Positions 31,641 through 43,407 of a stretch of 64,000 nt of DNA are shown here, one piece after another (position 1 is the stretch's first letter; the number at the start of each line of letters is the position of its first letter). Source of the stretch: Microcoleus sp. (GTDB lineage: Bacteria; Cyanobacteriota; Cyanobacteriia; Cyanobacteriales; Microcoleaceae); contig JAYFMW010000005.1 in the NCBI GenBank assembly GCA_042408215.1, positions 480,001 to 544,000 on the forward strand. The letters are read 5' to 3'. Position numbers and translations under genes: made by a program. The notes under the pieces are model-generated. The model was given only the letters and a program-made list of their open reading frames with translations, was not told where the DNA came from and made no database searches.

Positions 31641-32967
31641 ATTTACTAACAGTCAATAAATAACCTTCATGTACATTGAAGTTAGGAATAACATAATTCA
31701 AATCATTTCTAACAACAGACACACTTTCTTCTTTGACAGTGACAAGCTTTTGCACAGCTCTTTCTTGATTGTTAGGAATTTTCTCTAATTTGAGACGGAT
31801 TTTTTGACCGCTTTGGATACCTAGCTGTGGCAAATTTCTGAGGTTTAAAGTGACGGTTGTTGCTGAGGAATAATTGCGATCGAAATAACCCAAAAGCACC
31901 TGTGCGTTGCCTTCAGGATTTGACTTGCTGGCTAAAGCGACAACGCGATCGCGATCTGACTGACTCAGCACCCGCGAATTAACTCCGTCAGCATAAGCTT
32001 TGTAAGTCCACCAAGCTGCTCTCGGATCAAAACTATTGGGAGTCACCATCCCACTCAGCGTATTGTTGAAGCAATTGCTAACTTTTTTGCCTCCTGTTGT
32101 ATCCCAACAAGCTCTGCAAGCACCGTCTGCTTTTGCGTATTCCAAGTTATATAAATAACCTAAAATTTCCCCAGGTTCATACTGTGCTAAATTTCCAATA
32201 ATCTCGTTGACATAAATTTTTTGCAATTTCAATTCTCTGTAAGAGGCACTTTGTTGAAAATTGCGCTTGGCATCAATTACGTGATCGTCAACAAATAAAA
32301 TCATCGTGTCGTTGAGTTCGTGCCACGACAGGAAATTTACTTCCAGTTTGTTCGCTTTGCAATAATCCAGAAATGCCGTTAAATATTCTTTGTTGTAGGT
32401 GGTGATACTCGGCCCGCCAATCATGGCTGATGGTCCCAATTCTTCTCGCAATATTCTGTAGGCTCTTTTGTAAGTTTCAAAGAATTGTTCTCTGCTTCCA
32501 TTCCAAAATGGATTTCTTAAATCTGGCTCATTCCATACATCCCAAATAATTTTTTTTCCTTTATTTTCTTGAGCTAATTTCCGCACGAATGCTTCCCATG
32601 CAGGGTAGTTTTGATAGGGCCAACCTTTGGGATTGCTACCGTAGCCCCACAAGTCGCTGACTACCAGTTGAAATTCGGCTCCGCTGGCGATTACGCGATC
32701 GTAAATATCGAGTCTCCCAGCCCGCCAAAGCTTTGGCTGCAATGGTTTGATAGAGCTATCTGGTGGCTTGGTGGTGTCGATTCCGTGCAGGATACCGCTC
32801 ATGGACATTGTTCCGGTTGCTGGGCTTCCAAAATCTACTGTGACGTTCGATCGCATTTGGGCGATCGATCTTTGCTGCCCCAAATATACTATTAACAAAA
32901 GAGTGACAATAGCTAAACAAATTGGCAGCAGTTTATTAAGAGATTGGAACTTGAATGTAAATTGCAT
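31639..32967 (-). CDS. Exported GH39-like glycoside hydrolase
   Basis: N-terminal hydrophobic leader, WDVWNEPD acid/base motif, IGGPS, FLSWH, YVNE. Confidence 0.75.
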   Translation of the reverse strand: MQFTFKFQSLNKLLPICLAIVTLLLIVYLGQQRSIAQMRSNVTVDFGSPATGTMSMSGILHGIDTTKPPDSSIKPLQPKLWRAGRLDIYDRVIASGAEFQLVVSDLWGYGSNPKGWPYQNYPAWEAFVRKLAQENKGKKIIWDVWNEPDLRNPFWNGSREQFFETYKRAYRILREELGPSAMIGGPSITTYNKEYLTAFLDYCKANKLEVNFLSWHELNDTMILFVDDHVIDAKRNFQQSASYRELKLQKIYVNEIIGNLAQYEPGEILGYLYNLEYAKADGACRACWDTTGGKKVSNCFNNTLSGMVTPNSFDPRAAWWTYKAYADGVNSRVLSQSDRDRVVALASKSNPEGNAQVLLGYFDRNYSSATTVTLNLRNLPQLGIQSGQKIRLKLEKIPNNQERAVQKLVTVKEESVSVVRNDLNYVIPNFNVHEGYLLTVSK

Positions 32968-33040
32968 ATTTTTGATTTTCTTGATGTTTTGTGGAACGGG
33001 CCGGAGAGCCCGTTCCTAAGAAGGCTGAAATAGCTCAGTT

Positions 33041-36000
33041 TTAACGAACCGATGAAAACAATTCAAAACCCTGTATTGATTCTATCACTTGTTGCCACGA
33101 GCGGGAGTTTATCAGCTCGTTCGTATCGAAACTAACTCCTTTTTCCGCAGCAAAGACACCAAAATTTTTCACCCAATCAAAGATAGTTTCTGTGGTGAAA
33201 TAAGGCGTGCAGACCCAAGCAGATTGCAAATTATTCACCATTTCGGACATATCTCCCCGATCGTAAGCCTCCCAAGCTTTCCACACTAAATAATAGTATT
33301 TCAGCAGGCTATCCACTTGCTGTAGCTGCTTTTTGAGTTTCGGACTAATAGAGAAACTGTCGTTTTTATCGTCAGTTGCAAGTGCCTGTTCAATTACTTC
33401 TACATATTCCCGAAGCATCCGTTCTTCTTTGAATAGTTCTTCGGCTCGCGCTTTGCACCCTTGTCCTGCAACTCTGCGAAATTCTGGATCTTCTGCCCAT
33501 ATTTCCACCGTTTGTACCAACTCTTTTACTGTTCCTTCTGGGTCGATTGTAGGATCGGGCAACAACTTTCCCGTATCTCCCAATTCTTCAGGAATACCGC
33601 TTACTGCTGTGGCAATTACGGGCAATCCTTTCGCCATTGCTTCCATAATTGCTAGAGGCATTCCCTCTGCTTCGGAAGATAAAATAAAGATGTCGCTGGC
33701 ATCGAGCCAATCGGCAATATCCCAGCGCTGTCCTAAGAATTTAACCTGTTCGTTTACTCCAAATTTGCTCACAGTTGCTCTTAATTCAGGCTCCATATTG
33801 TCGTGAGTAGTAGAACCTGGGCCAGCCCAAACGAAGTAAATTTGTGGCCAAATTGGACGAGATTTGAGTTGGGCGATCGCCTGTAATTGATACTGATATC
33901 CTTTAATGGGAGTCAATCTCGCGGCCGTGAAACAAACGATAGCATCTTCGGGGATTCCTTGTTCTAGACGCAGGCGTTGGCGAGTGGAAAGATTCGGCGG
34001 TTCAAAATAAGTGTTCGGTCTGCCATAATAGATTACTTTTCCCCGTTCTAGACGCGCTTTAAAAAGACTTTTGAACAAGTTTAAATTGTCCTGGGAAACT
34101 GCTACTGCTGCTTTGGCTAACCGTACTGATAGGAGACTGCATCGAAATAGGGAATTTGATCGCCGCGATCGAAGGTTTCATAATTGCGATTGATATAACC
34201 CAGACTGATTATATACGGTATATTTTGCTCGATCGCAACTTGTTTAGCTGCAAAATTTGCCATCGGCCAGCCGTCACTAAATACAATTAAATCCGGTCTG
34301 AGCCTTGGGCGTAAATCTTTTTAGCATCATCTAAATTGTAAGCTATTCGTAAAAACTCTTTCATCGTGTCGAACTCTAGCCAAATATGTTCGATACCTAG
34401 CTGTTGTTGTTCGGTAATTAAAGGGTTGGAAGCTTGACTTTGAACGCTGGTTACTCGGTAGCCGTCGGCAGCTAATTTACACATCAGCGAGTGGTTAAAC
34501 TGAGCCAAACCGCCGACTCCTGAGTCTTCTGTGTACAGGAGTACGTGCTTTGTTTTCTGCCGATAAATCGAACTGGGAGCCGATTGAAACTGATAAGGAT
34601 TGTTAGCTGCGATCGCCACTATGTCTTGCCATTCCTGTAAATTGGTTAAGGCATAGGCATCAAAGTTGTAGCCGTACTGTTCTGAAACTCCCTTAAAGGT
34701 TTCCAACCAATTAAAAACAGTTTCAGTACCTGTCAAACGAGTATAATGCAGAGATTTTTCCAGACTTTCGACCATTTCTGGCAAATATCCGTCGCGGTAC
34801 ATTCGCCACGCTATCCATACGAAACACTTGTAACGTTCCGCGCGTTTCAAGTCGCGGATGTGCTGAGGTAAATCTGGCCGCGCGAAAAATTGCTCCATCA
34901 AAATTTCCGTATTTTTCATTAATTTGGAGCCGCCGGACATGAGATTGCTGTCGTGCTGACGATAGCAGGTTAATATCTCTTTTAACCAAACTGACTTGCA
35001 GCCTTTTAAAGCTAAACGTAGGACAAAATCTAAATCTTCGGTTGGCGGAAAGCGATGATCGAAACCCCCCAAGCGTTCCCACCACTCTCGCCGCAGCATC
35101 ATGGCGCTGGGACGCACTGATTTGTACAAAACAAAGGTTTCTAAATCTAATTTTGGTGTTTCTTCCCAAGGCTTTACTCCATAGATGCCTTCGTCGTTTT
35201 TGCCAACAATAACCCAACCTGTTTGCACCATATCTAATGTGGGGTCAGCGTCAAAGCAAGCTATTTGTTTTTCTAGTTTTTCTGGTAAGAAGAAGTCGTC
35301 AGCATCTAGAAAAGCTAAAAATTCCCCTTGTGCTAACTTGCAAGCGCGATTTCGAGCAATGGCTGCTCCTTGGTTATCTTGATAGATGTATTGAATTAAA
35401 TCGAGGTAAGGTGCTAAAACTTGGCTGGTATTGTCTTTTGAACCGTCGTCTACAACGATAATTTCCCAGTCTTGATAAGTCTGGCTGAACACGCTCTCTA
35501 CGGCTCGGAGAATGTAGAGAGCGGAGTTGTAAGTGGGCATGATTACACTGACGCGCGCTTTTTTGGGAGGAATGATACTAGCCATTAACTGTTTCCATTC
35601 TGGTGATTTTCCCAGAGCAATGCGATCGATTGGGCAGCCGTAGCTGTTAGAAATTTCGGTAAGGCGCTTTACCCAATCTACTATAGTTACTGTCAGCGAG
35701 TATGGGGTATAATGCAAAGATTTTTGCAAATATTCAGTCATTTCTTCCGGATAGCCGCTGTAGTAAAGTTGCCACGCCATCCATGTCAGAGCTTCATAAA
35801 AAGCCTGCTTTTCTAATTGGCGAATGTCTTCTGGTAAGTCGGCTCTACTGAAGAAATTTTGCTTTAATTTAATACAAAGGTTGGCCTGTTTTAGCGCTCT
35901 CTGGATGGACACATTTTGCCCGTGCTGGCGGTAGCATACTGTCACTTGAGGCAACCAAGCAGCTTCGCAGCCAGATAGTGCTAAACGCAAAATTAAGTCG

Positions 36001-36548
36001 GCATCATCTACTGAATCATACTGAGAATCAAAGCCACCGACTCGTTCCAACCACTGCCGCGAGAACATCATCGCGCTGGGAAGTAGGGGCATATAAACAA
36101 TCCAGGTTTTTAAGTCTAGCTGAGGTAAGTATTCCCAGGGTGTTACATCGAAAATACTTTCGCCTTGCTCTCGAACAATTCGCCAGCCACTATTAACAAT
36201 TCCTAGTGATGGCTGAGCGTCAAATAAGGCAATTTGTGCAGCCAACTTATCTGATAAGAAAAAGTCATCTTGATCCAGAAAAGCAATTAATTCACATCGG
36301 GATTCCTGAATTCCTCGGTTGCGGGCCGCTGCTACTCCTTGATTTTGTTGATAAACATAGCGAATTTTGTCAAAATAAGGCTGCAATACTTGGCGGGTGT
36401 CGTCGGTTGAGCCGTCGTCTACGACGATAATTTCCCAATTTCTATAGGTTTGGCTGATGACGCTTTCTACTGCTTGCGCGATGTAGCGATCGCCATTATA
36501 TGCAGGTATAATTACACTTACTCGCGGTGTCGAATTTGCTATTGACAT
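33041..36548 (-). CDS. GT2-GT2-GT4 fused glycosyltransferase; apparent frameshifts at about 34300 and 34125
   Basis: Two VSVI.P.YN...VVDDGS...FLD.DD domains, then GT4 EGMPLAIMEAMA; collinear with 36620-39163. Confidence 0.85.
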
Positions 36549-36619
36549 GAGTTTTATTGGTGATAATGAAGGGTTCGGCAACGGATTCTGTAACGGATGT
36601 AACGGATTTAACTGGTATT

Positions 36620-39163
36620 TTAGCGTGCACAAAATACAGATTCAAGACCCTGTAAGTCATAGACTAATTGTTGCCATTCTGCTGAATTAATTAGAGAATA
36701 TGTATCTAAATAATGCCCTTTTGCTGAGGAAAAATTGCCAAAATATTCTACCCAGTTTAACAGCGTTTCTGTAGTCAAAAAAGGTGTGTACTTCAAAGAT
36801 TCTTGAAGCGTTTTCTGCATCCCGATTAGATCTTCTTGACAGTAAGCCTGCCAAGCATTCCACACTAAAGAACTGTAGTGCACCCGGTTTTCTATCTTCG
36901 CCATTGACCTCTGTACCTCTTTTTGAGTAACAAATTCATCTGTTTGGCGATCGCAAACTAAAGCTTTTTCGATCGCCTCAACAGACTCTGCCAACATTCG
37001 TTCCTCTTTAAACAGTTTCTCGGCCCGCTGCTTGCAAGCTTGACCGATTTGATGCCGCAATTCTGGATTCATCGCCCAAGCTTCTACAGTTTTCGCCAAT
37101 TCCCTCGCGGTTCCCTCTGGATCGGTATTCGGATCGGGCAACAATTTCCCAGTATCGCCGATCCCTTCTGGAATGCCGCCCACAGCCGAAGCAACTACCG
37201 GCAATCCTTTAGCCATCGCTTCCATGACTGCAAAAGAAGGCGTTCCATCTGCGAGAGATGTCAAAATGAATATATCGCTAGCATCCAGCCAATCTAGGAT
37301 ATCCCAGCGCTGTCCGATCAACTTCACGCGATCGCTCACCCCTAACTTTCTAATAGTTTCCCTCAATTCTATTTCTACATTGTCAGAGCTTCCCTCACCA
37401 GTTCCTGCCCACACAAAATACAGTTTAGACCACACAGGAGACTGCTGCAACTGCTCGATTGCTGCAAGCTGATATCGATGCCCTTTAATCGATGCCAATC
37501 GAGCCGATGTGAAACAAACAATCGCATCTTCAGGAATTTCTATTTCTTGTCGCAGGCGTTGACGAGCCGCAGCATTAGGAGGTGCAAAATATTCTGGAGA
37601 ACGCCCCAAGTAAATCACTTGTCCTCGCTCTTTTGGTAACTTGAAATGTTGGCACAATAAATTCAAATGTTCGTAAGCGCCAACAATCACCGCTCTAGCT
37701 TGCAGGCACTGGTACAGCACTCCCTTTACATAAGGCACTACATCCCCGCAGGCAAAAGTTGCGTGTTCTGGCATGACTAATCCGATTACCATCATGTATG
37801 GTATCCCCATTTCAATAACTACCTGTTTCGCTGCAAAATTGGAAAATGGCCAGCCATCGCTAAAAATAATCAGATCCGGTTTATTACTAGCAAAAATCTC
37901 TCTTGCATCCTCAGTATTTCTTAACACCCGCTGTAAATCTTTATGACCGCTAAAATCCAGCCACAAGTGCTCTATACCTAACTCCCGTTCTCGCTCAACC
38001 AAGGGGCTAGAATGTTTCGTTTGCACGCAAGTGACTCGATAGCCCAACAGGGCTAACTGACAGAGAATGGCATGATTGTACTGTGCTAATCCTCCCACGC
38101 CCGGATCGTCAGTGTTGTAGAGTAAAATGTGGGCTTGCGCTTTTGAAGGTGTGGGAATAGAACTCTGTTGAGATTGGGGTGGATTAGTCATCACCATCAA
38201 AATTATCTCTTGCCATTCCGCTAACTGACTCAGGGAATAAGCATCAAAATTTTCACCATATTCTTCAGAAGCCATCTGAAAACTTTCCAGCCAATTCAAG
38301 ACTGTTTTTGTGGGCGAAAAAGGCGTATATTGCAATGATTTTTCCAAACACTGGGCCATCTCTGCTAGATGACCGTCGCGATACATCCGCCATGCCAGCC
38401 ACTTTAAGGATTGATAGCTTTCCTGGTTTTTTAACTGCCGGATTGACTGAGGCAAATCGGGTCTATCGAAGAATTGTTTCATCAGAATTTCTAGATTCTT
38501 CATTAGCGGAAAACCGCTTGACATTAGATTGGATTTGTGCTGGCGATAACAGGTAAGAATCTCTTCTAACCAAGCTGCTTTTCCCCCTTTTAAAGTCAAA
38601 CGCAAGGCAAAGTCTAAATCTTCTCCCAGCGGAAACTGAGAATCGAAACCTCCCAATTTTTCCCACCACTTTCGCCGCAGCATCATCGCACTCGGTCGCA
38701 CACATTTATATATAATAAAGCTTTCTAAATCTAATTTAGGCGCTTGCTGCCAAGGCTTCATTTCAAAAATATCTTTCCCTTTTTCATTGACTATAAACCA
38801 ACCTGTTTGTACCATATCTAATGCAGGATCAACATCAAAGCAAGCTAACTGTTTCTCAAGCTTGGATGGTAGGAAATAGTCATCGGCATCTAGAAAAGCT
38901 AAAAAATCCCCTTGCGCTAGTTCGCAAGCACGATTCCGGGCCGCTGCTACTCCTTGGTTTTCTTGATAGATGTAGCGAATTCTGTCAAGATAAGGATGCA
39001 ATACTTGATGTGTCCCATCCGTCGAACCGTCGTCTACAACGATAATTTCCAAATCTGTAAAAGTTTGGCACAGCACGCTTTCCACCGCTTGCACGATGTA
39101 GCGATCGCCATTATATGCCGGTATAATTACGCTGACTTGCGGTGTCCGATTGGCTGTTGACAT
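36620..39163 (-). CDS. GT2-GT4 fused glycosyltransferase
   Basis: VVDDGSTD, FLDADD, AVMEAMAKGLPVVASAVGGIPE. Confidence 0.93.
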   Translation of the reverse strand: MSTANRTPQVSVIIPAYNGDRYIVQAVESVLCQTFTDLEIIVVDDGSTDGTHQVLHPYLDRIRYIYQENQGVAAARNRACELAQGDFLAFLDADDYFLPSKLEKQLACFDVDPALDMVQTGWFIVNEKGKDIFEMKPWQQAPKLDLESFIIYKCVRPSAMMLRRKWWEKLGGFDSQFPLGEDLDFALRLTLKGGKAAWLEEILTCYRQHKSNLMSSGFPLMKNLEILMKQFFDRPDLPQSIRQLKNQESYQSLKWLAWRMYRDGHLAEMAQCLEKSLQYTPFSPTKTVLNWLESFQMASEEYGENFDAYSLSQLAEWQEIILMVMTNPPQSQQSSIPTPSKAQAHILLYNTDDPGVGGLAQYNHAILCQLALLGYRVTCVQTKHSSPLVERERELGIEHLWLDFSGHKDLQRVLRNTEDAREIFASNKPDLIIFSDGWPFSNFAAKQVVIEMGIPYMMVIGLVMPEHATFACGDVVPYVKGVLYQCLQARAVIVGAYEHLNLLCQHFKLPKERGQVIYLGRSPEYFAPPNAAARQRLRQEIEIPEDAIVCFTSARLASIKGHRYQLAAIEQLQQSPVWSKLYFVWAGTGEGSSDNVEIELRETIRKLGVSDRVKLIGQRWDILDWLDASDIFILTSLADGTPSFAVMEAMAKGLPVVASAVGGIPEGIGDTGKLLPDPNTDPEGTARELAKTVEAWAMNPELRHQIGQACKQRAEKLFKEERMLAESVEAIEKALVCDRQTDEFVTQKEVQRSMAKIENRVHYSSLVWNAWQAYCQEDLIGMQKTLQESLKYTPFLTTETLLNWVEYFGNFSSAKGHYLDTYSLINSAEWQQLVYDLQGLESVFCAR

Positions 39164-39324
39164 TATTTAGCTCGCTGTTAACCTATTACTATCTAGTTTA
39201 TATGAATGTCGCGTACATTGATCACTATTTTCAGGCTGGTAGGTGTACTTGCATGAACTTTGAACTTTGGCAACTTCTAGCATATAATCTTATAGGTAAT
39301 TATTACTCAAAAGGACAATTAAAA

Positions 39325-41643
39325 ATGAATTCAGAAACAGTGCCGGTGAATTTCCAGCAACAGGCAGAACTTTATTTAGCTACAGGGAACTTCGATCGCG
39401 CGATCGCACTTTGCCAACAAGTTTTAGAATTGCAGCCGAACTCTGCCGAGACTTGCAAAACCCTAGGGAAGGCGCTGCAAGCTCAAGGTAAACTAGAAGA
39501 CGCAAGGTATTGGTATAAAGTTGCGATCGCCCTCCAACCCGATTTTGCCGAAGCTTTTGCCAACCTCGGCACTCTCTGCGCTACCTTGCAACAATGGCAC
39601 GAGGCGATCGCCTGTTACCAAAAAGCCATCTCCCTACAACCCGACTTTGCAGGATTTTACCGCAATTTGAGCCGCGTATTTACCCAAGTTGGCAAAGCCG
39701 AGGAAGCAGCCGAATGCTGGTATCAAGCACTCATGGTAGCACCAGTAGAAATACCCGAAGAATACCTCGATTTAGGCAATACTTTATTGGGACAAAACAA
39801 AGCTGAGTTAGCGCTGATTTGTTACCATCGTACCATTTATTTAAACCCCAGTTGTTGCGAAGCTTATTATAAATTAGCTGACGCTGCTACCGAGTTGCAA
39901 CAGTGGGATGAAGCTATTGCAAACTACCGCAAAGCTATCAAAATTCAGCCAGATATTTCGGAATTTCATTACAAATTAGGAAATGCTTTGCAAGCAAGCG
40001 AACTATTGCATGAATCGGTCGCAGCCTACCGCGAAAGTATTGAATTGAATCCCAATTCTTTTGGGTGTTACTACAATTTAGGCAGCGTTATGCTCAAATT
40101 AGAAAATTGGCAACAAGCAATCATTGCCTATCGCACAAGTATTGAAATTAACCCGGATTGTTCAGGGTCTTACTACAGCATCGGTGAAGCTTGCGACAAA
40201 TTAGAAAAATGGTCGGAATCTGTCGCAGCTTACCAGCGCGCTACTGAATTAGACCAGAATTCTTTCGGAGCTTTTCACAGGTTGGGAGATGCTCTTTTTA
40301 AACTAGAAAAATGGTCAGACTCTGAGGCTGCATACGCCGGGGCGATCGCACTTAATTCAGATTCATTTTGGTCTCATTATAACTTAGCTTTGACTTTAGT
40401 TAAACTTCAGAAAATTGCCCCAGCAACACTCGCTTATCGGCGGGCGATCGCACTCAATCCAGAATTCTCTTGGACTTACCACAATTTAGGAGAGTTGCTG
40501 TTAAAAACCCAACAGTGGAAAGCAGCGGCTACCGCTTACCAGCGCGCTATTGAACTTAATCCCAATATTTCTTGGTCTTATTACAATTTAGGCGATGCTT
40601 TGACTGAAATTCACCAGTGGAATGATGCTGTCTCCGCCTACCTTTGTGCGCTTCAAATCGAGCCGTCTCTCCCCAATATTTACACAAAGTTAGGTAAGGC
40701 TTTAACAAAAAGAACTCCGGCAGATTTAGATGCAGCAACTAGGTACTATCATCACGAAATGCAGCCGCTACAGGCTCCTGAATTTTACTGTCAAGTAGCA
40801 CAAAATTTTGCAGATGGCGATCGGCTTAACGAAGCCATAATATTATACTTGATGGTCTTAGAAATCAGACCAAAAGATCCAGAAATATCCCAAAAATTAG
40901 AGGATTTTTTAGAAAAACAGCGTCAAACAGGGGAATCTAGTATATTATTAGAGTTAGAGGCTCATGATATTCGCGATCGCTACATTGCCCGAATAGTAAA
41001 AGGCAAAACTTTTGCAGAAGTAGGCGGATTGTGGGGAATTGTCAGCGAAAAAGTATCTGTAGCTAGCAAATACGGTGCCACTTCTCTAACTATGATTGAT
41101 GTAACGCCGCTCTCCGAACACTTGTGGCAAGATTTTCGCGATCGCATGACAAGCTTAAATATTGCTAATTATCATTGTATCAGCCAAGATATAACTCAAA
41201 TTAAGCTTGCAGAAATTGGCGAGCCTTACGATGTAGTTCACTGTCCAGGAGTTTTGTACCATCACCCCCATCCCTTACAGATTTTAGTGGCCTTGCGTCA
41301 GATAACTCGCGAGCATTTAATTTTAACTTCAGCTATTACCCAAGAAGTTATAGAAAACGATTTCGGACGCTACGAAATTCCCGCTTCTGGGGTAATGTTT
41401 ATTCCAGCTTTGGACGACGCAGAACGAGCTATTTTAACAGCTTATTGGCAGCCGTACATCAACGGCAACCAACTTATAGGGATAACTGAAAAAGCAGTTT
41501 TTGACATCAATAACTTTGGCCCGTGGTGGTGGCTACCTACAGCTTCTGCTTTAGAAGCTATGTGTAAAGTAGCGGGATTTAAGGTTTTAGACAAAGGATT
41601 GACTTGGGACAATAATGCTCTGACTCTCCTGCTGGGTGTTTAA
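39325..41643 (+). CDS. TPR-repeat protein with C-terminal class I SAM methyltransferase-like domain
   Basis: About 13 TPRs; FAEVGGLWG, YDVVHCPGVLYHHPHP. Confidence 0.82.
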   Translation: MNSETVPVNFQQQAELYLATGNFDRAIALCQQVLELQPNSAETCKTLGKALQAQGKLEDARYWYKVAIALQPDFAEAFANLGTLCATLQQWHEAIACYQKAISLQPDFAGFYRNLSRVFTQVGKAEEAAECWYQALMVAPVEIPEEYLDLGNTLLGQNKAELALICYHRTIYLNPSCCEAYYKLADAATELQQWDEAIANYRKAIKIQPDISEFHYKLGNALQASELLHESVAAYRESIELNPNSFGCYYNLGSVMLKLENWQQAIIAYRTSIEINPDCSGSYYSIGEACDKLEKWSESVAAYQRATELDQNSFGAFHRLGDALFKLEKWSDSEAAYAGAIALNSDSFWSHYNLALTLVKLQKIAPATLAYRRAIALNPEFSWTYHNLGELLLKTQQWKAAATAYQRAIELNPNISWSYYNLGDALTEIHQWNDAVSAYLCALQIEPSLPNIYTKLGKALTKRTPADLDAATRYYHHEMQPLQAPEFYCQVAQNFADGDRLNEAIILYLMVLEIRPKDPEISQKLEDFLEKQRQTGESSILLELEAHDIRDRYIARIVKGKTFAEVGGLWGIVSEKVSVASKYGATSLTMIDVTPLSEHLWQDFRDRMTSLNIANYHCISQDITQIKLAEIGEPYDVVHCPGVLYHHPHPLQILVALRQITREHLILTSAITQEVIENDFGRYEIPASGVMFIPALDDAERAILTAYWQPYINGNQLIGITEKAVFDINNFGPWWWLPTASALEAMCKVAGFKVLDKGLTWDNNALTLLLGV

Positions 41644-41695
41644 TAAAAACTCAAATAGATACAAACATCTTTTCTTAAAAAAGGCCAATCATCAA

Positions 41696-43006
41696 ATGGA
41701 TAACAACCTACAGGAAACGCCATTAGTAAATATTTTAGTAGTGGACGATACGCCGGAAAACCTGCGTCTTTTGTCTACCATGTTGAGTCAGCGGGGTTAC
41801 ACGCCCCGCTGCGTTATTAACGGGAAAATGGCTCTGAGAGCGTGCAATTCTCATCCGCCGGATTTGATTTTACTGGACATAATGATGCCTCAAATGAATG
41901 GCTACGAAGTATGTCAGCACCTGAAATTAGATGCCAAAACTCGCGATATTCCGGTAATTTTTATCAGCGCTAAAGATGAATTATTTGACAAAGTAAATGC
42001 CTTTACCGTAGGGGGCGTGGACTACATCAGCAAGCCGTTTCAGTTTGAAGAAGTGCTCGCCCGCATCGAAAGTCACCTCACCCTGCGAAAGTTGCAAAAG
42101 CAGCTAAAAGAACAAAATATACTCCTTCAACAAGAAATAAATAGCCGCTTAGAAGTTGAAAAAGCTATTCAAGAAAAAAATCATATTTTGCAACAAGAAA
42201 TTAGCAGCAGGCTAGCTGTTGAAAAAGCCCTGCAAGAGCAAAATTTACTTCTTCAACAAGAGATATTCAACCGTGAGTGCGCCGAATCTGCTCTGTTGAA
42301 ATCCAATCAAGAATTGGCGCGTTCTAATGCCGAACTAGAACAATTTGCTTATGTGGCATCCCACGACTTGCAAGCGCCTTTAGCAACCATTGCGAGCTAC
42401 GCTCAGCTATTAGAAAAACGCTCCAAAGACCAACTAGACAGTCAAGCTAATAAGTTTATTGGCAACATCGTTCAAGGCTGCACGAGAATGCAAACTTTAA
42501 TAGATGATTTGCTAGAATATTCGCGATTGGGCAGGAGTGAGAAACCTTTTCAACCGACTGATTGTAATCAGGTATTTGAACAAGCAATCGCCAACTTGGA
42601 AGGGGTGATTCGTGACATCCAAGCAGTTGTTTGCTCTAGTGAATTGCCAGTAGTACATGGCGAGATTTCTCAACTTGTGCAGCTATTTCAAAATTTAGTT
42701 GGCAATGCAATTAAATATCGCCAAGATGCACCGCCTGTTGTTTCTGTCAGTGCTTGCAAACACCAGGATCATTGGCTATTTTCTGTTTCTGATAATGGAA
42801 TTGGGATTGCACAGCAGCATCAAGAACGTATCTTTAAAATTTTCCAGCGCTTGCACACTCAAAAAGAATATTCTGGTACAGGTATTGGTTTAGCAATTTG
42901 TCAAAAGATTGTCCAACGTCACGGCGGACGTATTTGGGTAGAGTCGGAGCAGAGTCAAGGTTCAACTTTTCACTTTACTCTCAACGAAAATACTTTTGAT
43001 TTGTGA
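41696..43006 (+). CDS. Hybrid REC-histidine kinase
   Basis: ILVVDD, LLDIMMP, FAYVASHDLQAP, NAIKY, DNGIG, GTGIGL. Confidence 0.95.
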   Translation: MDNNLQETPLVNILVVDDTPENLRLLSTMLSQRGYTPRCVINGKMALRACNSHPPDLILLDIMMPQMNGYEVCQHLKLDAKTRDIPVIFISAKDELFDKVNAFTVGGVDYISKPFQFEEVLARIESHLTLRKLQKQLKEQNILLQQEINSRLEVEKAIQEKNHILQQEISSRLAVEKALQEQNLLLQQEIFNRECAESALLKSNQELARSNAELEQFAYVASHDLQAPLATIASYAQLLEKRSKDQLDSQANKFIGNIVQGCTRMQTLIDDLLEYSRLGRSEKPFQPTDCNQVFEQAIANLEGVIRDIQAVVCSSELPVVHGEISQLVQLFQNLVGNAIKYRQDAPPVVSVSACKHQDHWLFSVSDNGIGIAQQHQERIFKIFQRLHTQKEYSGTGIGLAICQKIVQRHGGRIWVESEQSQGSTFHFTLNENTFDL

Positions 43007-43166
43007 TTTTTACTTGGTGAATTCAAGAAAGACTAAGTTTTTAGTGAATTAGTAAAATCACAATTTCTACAAACAACTGCGCGTTGACATCACAGTTGGT
43101 TTGTGATATAATTATATTTGTAAAACAAATCTTTTGTGGCGTTACCTCGGACTGCAATTCTAATGC

Positions 43167-43316
43167 TATAGCGGTTTTCAAGCAAGTGAGGTACGCGCTT
43201 ACTAATTCGCAATTCAGGGAAGGGAAGGAACCACCTATGCCCTATGCCCTATGCCCTATGCCCTATGCCCTATGCCCTATGCCCAGTAGCACCTCATTTA
43301 TCTGAGAAACGCTATA
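43167..43316. mobile_element. TATAGC...GCTATA MITE carrying a (CCTATGC)n STRR array
   Basis: tatagcggttttcaagcaagtgagg...cctcatttatctgagaaacgctata; 7 heptamers at about 43233-43284. Confidence 0.72.
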
Positions 43317-43407
43317 ATGTATGTGTAGCTGCAATTTAGCAAATACCTCCAGAAACACAGGTGCAATCCCAGTAGCTTGACCAATAATTTTGTGATTAAT
43401 AACTCTT

